The notes beneath the pieces are model-generated. The model was not told where the DNA came from. It worked only from the letters and a program-made list of their open reading frames with translations, and did no database searches. DNA of 42,232 nucleotides from Sphaeroforma arctica JP610 (lineage: Eukaryota): assembly GCF_001186125.1 (NCBI RefSeq), contig NW_014039762.1, positions 1 to 42,232 on the forward strand. The letters are read 5' to 3'. How positions within the stretch are numbered: the first letter of the stretch is position 1; the number at the start of each line of letters is the position of its first letter. Positions 1-12,867 of this stretch are shown one piece after another. The translations under genes were made by a program, and so were the position numbers.

Positions 1-706
1 TATATATATATATATATATATATATTGTTATAGTAGTTGTAGGTCAGGCGGCCAGCACTCCAGTGACCCAGTCTCCAGATCTATAGAAGGTAAAAAAAAA
101 TATTGAAAAATTCCGTTCCTAAAATTCTAGCTATTTATTGGCTTTCGCCTCAGGTTGTTGCCTTTCTAGCCATTCAATAATTTTCAGCTTGATGAGTGAT
201 GACTGATGATGACCCCCCTGAGCGGATCCTTGAGACCGGATCACTTTTCCAGTTTCCCAGTTTCCCTTTCGTGAAATCTATCACTTGTGTGAGTATCTGT
301 TATGAAATCGTCATCGAGTGTCTTTTTTTCGAGATAGAAATGAGGTGGTATGAAACATTTCATATATTTGTTAATCAGTATATCTGTATCAAACAAATCT
401 CAAATATGTATCTATTTTTAAACTTCTCAAAAACTGAAACGTCCCTCTGGGCCAGGGGGCCCTGGCTGTGTAAATGTATAAAAATAAGAAACACATTTTT
501 CTAACATTCATAAATGTCGATTATTAGCTTACTAAACGGGCGACAGTTTCTTGCGATCTGAGAATTCCTCTTCTAATCCTCTGGAGATCAGCATGCTGCT
601 TTCTATCCGTTATATACATCAGTAAATCACAGGTGACATGATATCACTATAAAGCTTTCGAGTTTATGTATTCTTTTCGCATACTTGTTCAAGGACTTTA
701 AGAAAA

Positions 707-1165
707 ATGTTATTGTCTATCAACTCTCAGCAGTATCAATTCACTGAGAATGAGAATGCAGATAAAAGGCACGCATATCTCCGCAAGCAAGTAGAGAGCT
801 TGCTACAAATGAGCGAAATTGAGTTGCTCGACATAGGCGCATGTGAGAGAAGTTCGAGGTCACATTTGGCCCGTACAATTCTGGCTAGGAGATGGTGGGC
901 AGATATCGACGCAAAGAATCGAGCAGCAGCGCAGCATAAAGATGAGGTGCCGGATGATACTTCATACACAACTAATATGGACTGGTCTCTAAGTGATCTT
1001 GACGATACAGTCAGCTACACAAGCGACTATACTGAAAGTGGATACGAAAGTGACTGCGATAGTGAAGATGATGACGAATGGTGCCAAGATATTCCCAATT
1101 CGACACAGCCAGTGCAGCCATACGTTTCATTAACACAAGTCGTTTCAAAAATGTCTGATCTATGA
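707..1165 (+). CDS. Hypothetical intronless 152-aa protein with acidic Ser/Asp-rich C-terminal half
   Basis: ATG-initiated ORF in an A-rich context (agaaaaATG). TATAAA at ~648 and AATAAA overlapping the stop at 1165. Protein-like composition. No family recognised. Confidence 0.5.
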   Translation: MLLSINSQQYQFTENENADKRHAYLRKQVESLLQMSEIELLDIGACERSSRSHLARTILARRWWADIDAKNRAAAQHKDEVPDDTSYTTNMDWSLSDLDDTVSYTSDYTESGYESDCDSEDDDEWCQDIPNSTQPVQPYVSLTQVVSKMSDL

Positions 1166-2319
1166 ATAAAAAAAATTACAGTAAGGTAGCACAGGTTGGA
1201 GTCGGACAATCAGGGCAATTCTCCATTGTAAACGATGGTCGTACTTACGAACACATTGAATCTCGACCGCAAAGCTGTGTTTGTTGACGATCGATCAAAC
1301 ATTGCAGCGTATATTTGATACTATCCTCAGGAAGCTTTTAGCGATTTCAAGCGATGATAGGGAATATAGCTTATCAAGATAATATTGAGTACTGGTTATA
1401 TTGAATACTGGTTTGTTTTGGCTTCCTAGTACGAGATTGTATGTATACTATCAGACTAGCAATTGATGCACTATGTGTAGATTAGTTTTACTGGAGAACT
1501 GATCTGTTGTCTGCATGTATGCACTTGACGTGATGTTTCTAAAATCAGCACCAGAACACTCCCGTGTCTCACAATCCCTCAGCGTGGCTCATAGCTCAGC
1601 ATATTAGGTGGTGATCATGCCCTGAACGAGTCTCGTACCGCGTGTGACCGTAGAACAAATGCAACGATATCAGGTACATGTACGGGTGTGACTTGTTTCT
1701 GCATCGAACTGCCTCCCTGCGATTGAGTTGTGGCTAAACAATGACGCTTCTTTGTGTGGCATTCCAACAGATTCGTAGGCACAACACTGCTGTATATTTT
1801 CCTGCATTGCGCTACATGTCAAATACTGTATGATTTCCGGACTATACGCGAACAGACACTCGGCAGAATTGTACATCTTTCTATAAATGTTAGACTGATA
1901 GTTCTATGGAATTTTATTGGCATCAAGAGTAATAGATATCGCGTACCTACGCTCTCGATACACAAACTAGCCTGTTTCATAACATATTACACAGCCCCCC
2001 CCCCTAGTCTACCTAGTGGGCCAACCAAGCTTCTACGATGTGACGTGTAATTTTCGGAATGCGCAATACTTAAAATCATTTGAGCCCAGTATTTCCTCGA
2101 ATAATAAAAATCATTGAATCATTGACGCTTTCAACCTTGCGTACGTATGGTGCCCAATATATGACCGCTTTAAAGAATTGGGCTATTGAGACGGAGACGC
2201 GAGTCAGTTATAAAAATGACCGTCATGCTACTAGTGTATGCTAAATACTCACTTAAATTCGAATTGCACAAGTTACACCCGGGCGCCGCGTCCGAAGATG
2301 CAATTTCACATTTTATTTA

Positions 2320-5300
2320 TTATAAGAAGCTATGCAAGACAACTGCTAAGCTGCCGGCAAACAAAGGTTTGGATCCCCTACAGGTGAGTCGCCATTTCTG
2401 CAAACGGAGAGTGAAGTAGGGGCGGGTGTTCAATCGACTGAAAGCCAAAAGTTTCATACAACCGAACAATTAAAAGGTAGTGATGATATTAGACAACGTA
2501 GCATACAAGCATAATCAGATATACAAGTCACAACACACGCATCTCTATTTGCAACTTGGATTCCAAACTGCCAGGCAACGCGCATGACACAAAGAGCTGA
2601 TGAAAAATGCTACAACATTGACTAGCAAATTCGGTGCGATACCAATTCCCATTCATCACGCACAAACTCTTTGCAGCAGATTCAGCTATCACTGCACCAG
2701 AAAAGCCACTTGCGCCACCGTGCCGACAACACCTACAGCTACTATAACCTGGCACAACCACACGCAAGACCAGATAGTTATAAGTTGTAGAACAAGAACA
2801 CGCACCTGTGTTTGCGCATTCGGTTCCAAACGCACCAGAACACCCACTTGGCCAACAGTGCTCATAATGACACCCGCGGCTACTATATTGTCGTTGTTTG
2901 GATCTACCCCGTCCAGCACAGTGAGCTTAAGCGTGCTCAGTTGTTGCTTGCACATGGCTGGGGTAAGGCCAGCCGTTGGCGAGAAAACAACCTGTGCCTC
3001 TAATTGAGGTCTGTTTGTTTGTTGATGAGGGGTAGTAAAGATAACAAGTACATGAGATTATGAGTAGGTAGCAGTGGTGTGCTATAGCTTACACACATCC
3101 GGCGTAAGCCAGGGCAGAGTATTGTACTTGTGCAGTGGATTGTTAACAGTAACTACCATACGAGATCGCATGGAGAAGAAAAGTAAGACATGGACCTCCA
3201 ATTGGAAACTTGTCAGTCGATGAGTGAGAAATACGCACTACTGTAAGTTGGGCATAAGCTTGCTCAGCTGTTACACACTCGTGTCGGGGGTAAAGCCAAT
3301 GAAGTGATGGGTACCAGCCCGATCTAGGACTACAATTGGGATTTATTTGTGTGGGAAATGGACATCATTGTATAGTATCGATGAGTATCGGTTCAGCAAC
3401 AAACCACAAAGGCTCCATGTATACCAATACTCTTGCCTCATCCATGCACGCATCAATCTCACCTAGCAACTGATACAACAAACAAACATAGCAGTGACAT
3501 ACAACACCACCGCGTGCCATTTGCTGGTGCCCACACCCGCACACTCTCACTGCACAAGCACGCGTACATCCTATTACCGGCTATCTAGTGCGATATAGGC
3601 CTATGTGGCAGAACATACCCTCCCAGCGCTTGCCACCTGCTGCCAAACTGGGCCTTGTCCATGCTGAACGGGTTGAGGAACTGCGCGATGTATACTGGCA
3701 AGCGGATGACTAGCGACTGTGGCGCACCATTGGCCCTGTAGTGTGAGTTGGACAGGATTACTATAGGGCGAAGTAGGCGTCTATCTGGAACGTCTAAGGT
3801 AATGTGGGGCTTGGGCCAGGAGTACTGATACACTGACAACTGGTACACTTGGGATGAGCGTACGTGAAATTAAAGTTGTACTATCGACGACGGGCCACAA
3901 TGCCGAGCACGGGCTATGGTGGTAGACAGGCAGGGTGACATGGGCGCAGTCGGATGTATCTACTAGTGTCAAATATTACTAACAAACTCAAACAGGCCTG
4001 CATCTAGAACACACCGCAACACATAGGCTACGTCTCATACTACCGAGACCGTCTGCATCCTAACACCCACATTAGAAACAGGACACGGACATTGGTACAT
4101 TTCAGAATTACACACACACAGAAGGCGGGATGCACATATCACCGGTGCGGTTAGACATAAAGTGATGTTGTCTACGTGTACGTAAGCGATCTGAATGAAC
4201 CCGAACGTTCTCCTGCATGTGTACATACTCGAAGAGGAGTGTCATCAACGGTGGCTTCATGTAGATATTTGTGCATTGAAATTGGAAGACCTGTACGGAA
4301 GAGAGGCAGGCGGCCAAATGCAAGTATGTAAGCAAAACAAATAAACTTTAGAGCAAGCATAACAAAAACATTCAGAGAGTATTGTCCAACAAGGGCAATG
4401 CCGGACGAATGCAAGAAAGTGCATCATCAGGGTGCGTACACCAGTAATACAGACGATAGGCCGCAATGTACGAGGAATCATATACTGCAAGTGGATGCGA
4501 TCAAGCGGATATACATCCAGTCGTGCAGCAGTGGCACAACGAACCCCGACACAGCACCTTGAGCATTCACATTAAAAAAACCACCCCCTCCCCACAACTT
4601 CATGCAACTCCTCAGGCTTCGCCGGGCCAGTGCTTCGCATGGCAACGGAAGGCTTGCCTCGCACTCGACACTCAACTGACTGCAGATAGTTGTACCGAAG
4701 TGCATCAGAGTGCACACGCGCTCGCACCTCAGACACTGGTCGAGGAGGGGACCAATGCAATAGTCACTACAGAACAGTTCACACACTATGAATACGTACG
4801 TCAACACACACACTGGAGTCCATTATGCACCTGGAACACTTGCTGTCCTGGTGCCACCACGGGAGGACAGGGCTTGGCTTCAACGCTCAGCCCAGAACTC
4901 TCGGGGGCCTCCGAATGAACACGTGTGCGCGTATTGACAAAGGTCGAGGATGTCTTATTGAAGTAGTACAGCGCCAGACGGCCTTGGCTGGTCTTGTATT
5001 CGTCTTTAACCATGATGCGAATGCGACTGTCTTCAAACAGAATACTCCCCGTTGCCATGACAACGGATTTGAGGTAGGGCTCAGAGCCTACGGGGTAAAC
5101 ATAGGAGAGGCGAGTCATGTGTAAACGATGTTGTCACAACCAGCGGTCACGCAAATGAAAACACATTCGCGAGAGCACTCGTATACACCTGTATAAACGT
5201 GCACACCGGTATTTATACTATCACAAACATGCGAATCACGCAATAAATGCATGCTTCATATACATCTAATATATATATATATAATATAAATATTGTACAC

Positions 5301-8300
5301 ATAAAAATATACATATACATACATATATACATATACATATATNNNNNNNNNNNNNNNNNNNNNNNNNNNNNNNNNNNNNNNNNNNNNNNNNNNNNNNNNN
5401 NNNNNNNNNNNNNNNNNNNNNNNNNNNNNNNNNNNNNNNNNNNNNNNNNNNNNNNNNNNNNNNNNNNNNNNNNNNNNNNNNNNNNNNNNNNNNNNNNNNN
5501 NNNNNNNNNNNNNNNNNNNNNNNNNNNNNNNNNNNNNNNNNNNNNNNNNNNNNNNNNNNNNNNNNNNNNNNNNNNNNNNNNNNNNNNNNNNNNNNNNNNN
5601 NNNNNNNNNNNNNNNNNNNNNNNNNNNNNNNNNNNNNNNNNNNNNNNNNNNNNNNNNNNNNNNNNNNNNNNNNNNNNNNNNNNNNNNNNNNNNNNNNNNN
5701 NNNNNNNNNNNNNNNNNNNNNNNNNNNNNNNNNNNNNNNNNNNNNNNNNNNNNNNNNNNNNNNNNNNNNNNNNNNNNNNNNNNNNNNNNNNNNNNNNNNN
5801 NNNNNNNNNNNNNNNNNNNNNNNNNNNNNNNNNNNNNNNNNNNNNNNNNNNNNNNNNNNNNNNNNNNNNNNNNNNNNNNNNNNNNNNNNNNNNNNNNNNN
5901 NNNNNNNNNNNNNNNNNNNNNNNNNNNNNNNNNNNNNNNNNNNNNNNNNNNNNNNNNNNNNNNNNNNNNNNNNNNNNNNNNNNNNNNNNNNNNNNNNNNN
6001 NNNNNNNNNNNNNNNNNNNNNNNNNNNNNNNNNNNNNNNNNNNNNNNNNNNNNNNNTTATACATACACACACACAAATATGCGTATGTGTGTATGGGCGT
6101 ACCTGCACTCGGCGCAGTAGGTGCAGGACCGTCGAAGCCCAACACGATTCCACCCGGCGCTACCGGAACAGTAGGATCGTCCATATTCAATAGGTCCACT
6201 TGCGGTGCATTTTGGCTTTGGGGTTGGTTATTATTGGTAGTGACTGCTGAATCGTTGGCATCCGTGACTGTCAGTGCCGTGGACTTGGCAGCGTTACGAC
6301 CCTGTTTGCAAGGTTTTAGGTCGCAAAGATACCTTAAATAAAAATGGGTCGAAACTACGGTAGGAAATGACACGAGGTGTGTGGGTGGTATAACACTGTG
6401 ACGACACTATAAAAGGGCGGTAGTAGCATACGATAGTATCTCGTAGGCTATCCCAGTACAATTATCCCTATCTGAGCCGGAAAGTATGTAAACACATCAC
6501 GTGAGAGAGAGAGAGAGACAGAGAGAGAGTGTGTGTGTGTGTATGTGTTGATATATGGACGTATATACACATACCTTCGATTGGCCCCATGTTTTGTCTG
6601 TGACAAAGTTCTCCTTCGCGTGCAGCTTGGCCAGAATGGTACTGTCTCGCTCGGGATACGGCGGCATCTCCTCCAGCACCGCTTGCTGTGATGCGATGAA
6701 ATATCAATGTACATTCAGCGACTTTGTTCATGATTTTTTATTTCCAGTTAACATTCAGAAAATAAGTTTGAGTAAGGAATTTGATGCGATACAAAGTAGG
6801 TAGGTATGTCAGTTACTGTCCGCATGTGGACCTGACATGTGGTCAAGCGCTCAGATCTGTGGCGTTTTGTCTGGTCCGACTTTTTACGCAACTTGGGAGT
6901 GAGTCGCGGGTTGCGCTGGGAAAGCCTATATCTTCTGAACTGTGTGACTATGAAGAGTTTATACATGCGGTATGGGTGCTAAGTAACGGGCAACGGTGGC
7001 GGAAGGGACATGCGACTCTGGTGGGTGAATCCGGGTGCACTCTGTCACCACTAGAGCCGGGTATTGCCCACCTCCAGCCATTTATCCCATACGGAACGCG
7101 TCATACAATGCCTAAATTGCCACAGATCCATATTCCTACCAATCAAGGTAGCACTCACTGCCTCACCGCAAATGATCAGGATGTTGAACTGAATGAGGAA
7201 CTCGTGAGTAGACTAGTGCACACTCTCGAAGGACTGACCCTACGCCTCGCAACACTTGGTTGCATGTGCGACTGTCGAGGTCACCACAAGCCCCCCCCCC
7301 ACCCCCCCTGGAACCTCAACCACCCATCTCCTAATACCGTGTATATGAAATACATACAACTTCTCATATCCTAGATACAATACGGGTCACGGATCAGCGG
7401 CACCTATGTACTTACTGTTATAGAGCATAGCGCCAAGCCAATTCACAAAAACTTCGGAGAAAAAACCTACCAGTAAATCTTCATTGACAATTGTGCCCAG
7501 CATTAGGTACTCTATGGCCCTTTGTTGCAGCTCCGGGTTGTGGTTCTTGGAAATCAGATCCGATTTGAACAGCTGAGGGTGTGACACATTGTAAGCGATA
7601 TACATTTGGTGAGGCGGGGGAAGGCGACAACTGGGGCGTCAGATGATTGTATACACAGATTATCTACACAGCAGGTGAATATATAATATATAACGAACAC
7701 ACACGGGAGACCTTCAAACGATACTGAGGGTTCCATAGACATGTCACATAGTGCCAAGTAGATCGTCAAAGGTGCGAGATATATGTACATAAGGTAGAAC
7801 CTCATGCGAACAGGCTATTGGCATGTCACACAATGTTGAATGAAACTCGCAAATAACCACCACAAACTTCAACATTTAAGTTTAGGTGAGTTTGAGATCC
7901 AAACAGAAGGCATACAGTATTGACTGCGCTCCGTAAAGTGTGCAGCACACACGGCCATTGGGGTCAAACCCACGACAAAAGGAATCACACACATCTCGCA
8001 TACTTATTTACCTACCAACTTACCTACCCAGAAACACACACTGTACTCGGTGCTATTGCAACCAGCCTAGATAGAATCACATACTAGACTTAACCTCAAC
8101 ATACCTGAGTAATCGTAGGTTTTAGCTCCGGGAAAAGATTCATATACTTGGCAAAGGTAGACAGAAGTATAGCCTTTGCTTCCGGAGACACGGTCAAATA
8201 TAGGGTTTTTAGAGTCTCGAACTGATTCCACGGCCTGTTCCAAATGAATTGTGTATTAGATACTTGTTGCATGTCTGTGCGAGGCGTATATACACTTATT

Positions 8301-11300
8301 TGTATATCCGATATAACTGAACTTGCCATCCACTACACATGTATATTAAGAATATCTCGAGGCGCCACCGTATGTCCTTATATACAGACCTGGTTGCAAA
8401 GAGTCGTTGCACAGTCAAATTGGTACTATGAGATGACACCAATTGACCGGCATTCAACAACACGACATGCAAAGACACGTCAGCTGGCACCTTCATACAC
8501 ACACATCTAAGTGTCCCATCCCTTTATCATTAACCACCCTGTTATTCAGCCAACGTTAAGTAGAGCCTGGAGAGAACAAGATAACGATACCGTGCACGCA
8601 CACTACAAGCTCAAAGCGCCCGCTCACTGAAATATATGGATAACAGGTGAGGATGTCCCGATTCCCTAAGATGCGTCTACAAATAGATTCTATGAACCGT
8701 ACAGCTGTGTACGCAGGAATTCTCTGATTTACTAGGACGCGGTTGTACAAAAATGCTATTGCACTTGATATACATNNNNNNNNNNNNNNNNNNNNNNNNN
8801 NNNNNNNNNNNNNNNNNNNNNNNNNNNNNNNNNNNNNNNTATATATATATAAACATATGTATACATCGATCATTCCTCTGACATACGATGATGCAGGCGT
8901 ATTCGCAATCAGATGGCCGAACTCGCCCAGTAGGTAACTGCCTACTTTGACCATTGTTTCGTGCACAGGCGGCGAACTGAGAGCCTGTAAGATATACACG
9001 AGAGTGATTTAAGGGCCAAATAAGGTGGAATGAAAGTGAAATGCAGGTGACATATAGGCGAAATATGGAATGTTGTGCACACTGATTTGAGCAATTTACT
9101 CTGACATTTTAACGTTTTACCAGGCATTGAATATCACGTAGCGTGTACTATATGCCCCAGCCGTTGTGTTCAGCGCATCAACTGCTAGCACCGTATCTAT
9201 CACTTCTGTGGATAACGTATACACATGCAGACAAGACGTGCTCATGTCAAGCAATGGTGAACAGATGCAGACCTTTGTGAACCCGTTTGTTATAATAACT
9301 GACCATGGAGCTGTATACATGATTTGACAACCTATCACTATATCGCGACAATACTTTAGAAAGATATTATACACAATCAACCCGGACAGACACCAGATAA
9401 GACCGACTACTAGGGCGGCTGAAATGGCCGCATCTGGCAAAGTGATGTAATTGTGCATACAAATAAGTGCATACAACTAACCTGGAAGCAAACGCGGCAC
9501 GCATACTCCTGCACATCCTGACGGTTGGTGATGATTTGGATCACTCGTTGCCAGACCTGAAATGTGAGAAATTAGGACCAATTTTTCGTGTTCAGTATTT
9601 GGATTCCCAGTCCAAACTGATTTAAGCAGTGGCTATTTGAATTGTGTTAAGGATCACTACGACGTAAATTGATCAATGCGTGGTACCCACGAATTTGCAC
9701 ACGTCTGTCTACAAACGCTTCCTCACTTGCGACTTCACCTTCGCATTGGTGTAGCTCAGTCCAGAATCAATTTGAACCGAGTTGTAGGCTACCCGTGCTA
9801 GGTTGAAGGTCACATCGACGTAGAACGGATGCTCTCGTGATACCGACAATACTACACGCGTATAACATCACACACATATTAAGATATCGATATCACTTCT
9901 CACAGGTGCAGCTTAGGCACTTGACCTAAGACTGGCATAAACAACCCGCGCTATGAGAAGGAATACATAGACAGAACGGATGCTCTCGTGATACAGACAA
10001 TACTGCACGCGCACATAACATTATGTAGATATTCAGATACCATACTACACGCTTATAACATTACACACATATTCAGATACCACTTCTCACTTGGTGCCGC
10101 TCAGACACTTACCTCCAGACTGACATAGTCGCCGGCGACGCGGGTTAGGTTGAGGATCACATCGACATAAAACGAATAGTCTCGGGCCTCAGTCTCAGCC
10201 AGAATGGCAATGCGTAGCACCATTTCCTCGCGGATGATGTATTCTGTGAGGTGCCACAAATGATATATAATATTATATGATGTATTCTGTGAGGTGCCAC
10301 AAATGTTATATAATATTATATGATGTATTCTGTGTGGTGACACAAATGTTATATAATATTATATGATGTATTCTGTGAGGTACCACAAGTGTTATAAAAT
10401 ATCATATGATGTGCAAGTCATCCATGCATGTTCTGTGTCGCACGATCCCGATGCGTGTGTGCTCTATATACACAGCCCGTTGAGTGGTCGTGCCGAGCGA
10501 CCTGTACTTCTTGGTACTAGCTACAAGGGGTATACCGTATACCGGGTGCATCTACGCTTTAAGTCGGTAACAGAAAGACGATGCATGTCCCTAATTGGGC
10601 TGAATAGCGTTATACGAAAGGGGGAGAGGAGGGGGGGGGGATGTAAAACCCTAAAACCCTAAAAACCACTTGCCTGCGTGCTCTAGGAAGCCAACAAGCG
10701 CGGTGATGATGGTGACCGCATTCTCTGGGCCACACATCTTGAATAGCAGATCCAAGGCCCTGCCAGATGGGTAGAGAGTATTAGTGCGAGTGGGGGTTGT
10801 GGTATCACAGAGTCGGCAAGTACGTGATATGAGGCACCTGTCCTCAGAGAGATGTTCAGGGAGGATTTGTACTATAGCATTTAGAATGGTACTGTACTGA
10901 AGCCTTGAGACTCCAGAGGCTACCGATAGACGGCATTCGAAACAGAAGCTCATGCCGGCACAACACTCGCAGAATCACAGCCACGCAGTGGTCCACCAGT
11001 CACAATACTCGAAGTACAAAAAATAAACAGCAGTTTGAATCTGAAGAGCACTACATACACCCAACACACACACAAGTACCTACCTCCGTCGTACACTGAT
11101 ATCCCGCTCGAACTTGAGCGCCTGTATGATGTTGGGCTGGTGCTTGATGATGCCCTTCTTCGCAATCTCCAGCGAGCACAGATTGCACATGATGTCCAGA
11201 GCCATGTAGCGGGTGTTGGTCTCACGCACAGTCATGTACCGGCCCAGGATATCCACCGCCATCTCTGTGAGCTTCGCCTCAGTCTGCAGGTGGATAACTG

Positions 11301-12752
11301 TGTTCATGGCCTCGAACAGCACACTCTGGCGGCAGTTGTTGGTCTGCACAATCTGTGGGGTCGGAGCGGTCGCGGTCGGTATATAGATATATGGTTGGTT
11401 CATTTCTCCTATAACCTCATGTATTGCTATTATAAAATAACTATTTATAGTCCTCCCGGGGAGAGCACGGTACGCAAACAACCCATGGGTATGAGTTTTG
11501 CGTGACCGCCCTAACTGTGGCTATGGTATTGTTCAGGACAACTCCGAAACAGCGGCTATGCATGGCCATGGCTTTTAAATCGATATTTTTCTGTGGTTGT
11601 CGCTTGATTTGATTCATGTTCATGGGAATACAACACACCAAAGCAGGAGAACTACAGACAGTAGGTGTGGTGTAGGTGTGGTTGGGATAAGGTAGTGTTA
11701 CAGGCGGGTAATTGTCAGGTATTGTGTCGTCTTTGCATGCTACGACAGTATGGCTGCTAGATATGAAGTAGATTTTTTGTGGAAGAGGTATTATCTATGG
11801 GGCAGTAGACAGAATAAAAAGTATCGCGAGCCTTTGCTATCCCACTCATAGGAATACAGGGAACCCTACTTCTCACACTGACCAGTTCATTCTATGTCAA
11901 CATGTAATCTAGGTACAACTCAAGCTAACAAAACCAGTACTACAACTAAAAAAAACATGGATACTTTAATACAATACAATACAAGGTCGCGTACCCTGCC
12001 ATACTTTGACCACAGGAGTCTCTGTCCGTACGAGACCTAGACGGTAACGGCAAATGATATTTTACGCATACAACCATAAACCGTGAATTGGCAATACTAA
12101 TCCATGAAGGAATGCGGTCTGGACAGGACCTCTGCTCATTGACGCAGCCTCTATCTCTATACACGCACAGTGTATTTGAACACGTGATCAATGTCCCTAC
12201 CCTGACCAAGTCATTCTTTACGAAGATGCGGTCCAGACATGACCCGAGCTCCACCAATTGTACACATGCATCAAATATCGGATTAATATTTGACACTAAA
12301 TCCTTAACCGAATACACACACATGCCAATAAATTACAATCAAGCACCCCTCAGCCTTGCCCAGATCATTCTCTGCAAGTATGAGATCCAGACAAGAGAAC
12401 ACATATCCTCACACAAACGACTTTTAAACCAATACACAGACCGAATCTACAGACCATGCACTCACTAGACAAGCGCAAGACCTGAAGTCCTACCTTAACT
12501 AGATCGTTCTTGGCCAGTATGCGATCTAGACAGAATCTGAGCTCTTCCTTGACAGCAGCGTCAGTGGGTGGGGGGTATGTCTGGATTAATCGCAGGATCT
12601 TAACTTGGATCCAAGGAGCTGGCACCTGCGATAGTTAAAGAAAACTAGCTTTGTGTGAAGGAGAAATAAACCTGGATGTATCGTAGGGATGCATCTGAAT
12701 GGAAGAGCTAGTACTTTTTTGAAACATGATGAACTTGGGCCACATACATACG

Positions 12753-12788
<36 letters not shown>

Positions 12789-12833
12789 CATACATACATA
12801 CATACATACATACATACATACATACATGCATAC

Positions 12834-12867
<34 letters not shown>

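Noticed and set aside
1670..1876. Candidate last exon of AP2A
   Set aside because: No similarity to the alpha-adaptin C-terminus. The exon at 2320-2397 ([10 protein letters not shown]…*) fits and is followed by AATAAA.
5213..6373. Long ORFs spanning N runs (also 15672-16874, 8556-8999, 35192-35593)
   Set aside because: Artefacts of assembly gaps and microsatellites. Only the AP2A exon portions are real coding sequence.
6781..7374. 197-aa plus-strand ORF inside an AP2A intron (likewise 4466-4918, 11035-11505, 37877-38353, 38848-39309)
   Set aside because: No recognisable motifs and mostly non-ATG starts. They are intronic or antisense shadows of real exons.
10234..10412. CRISPR-like array (also considered for 18958-19110)
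   Set aside because: Units are contiguous tandem repeats without unique spacers, the context is a eukaryotic intron or intergenic region, and there are no cas genes.
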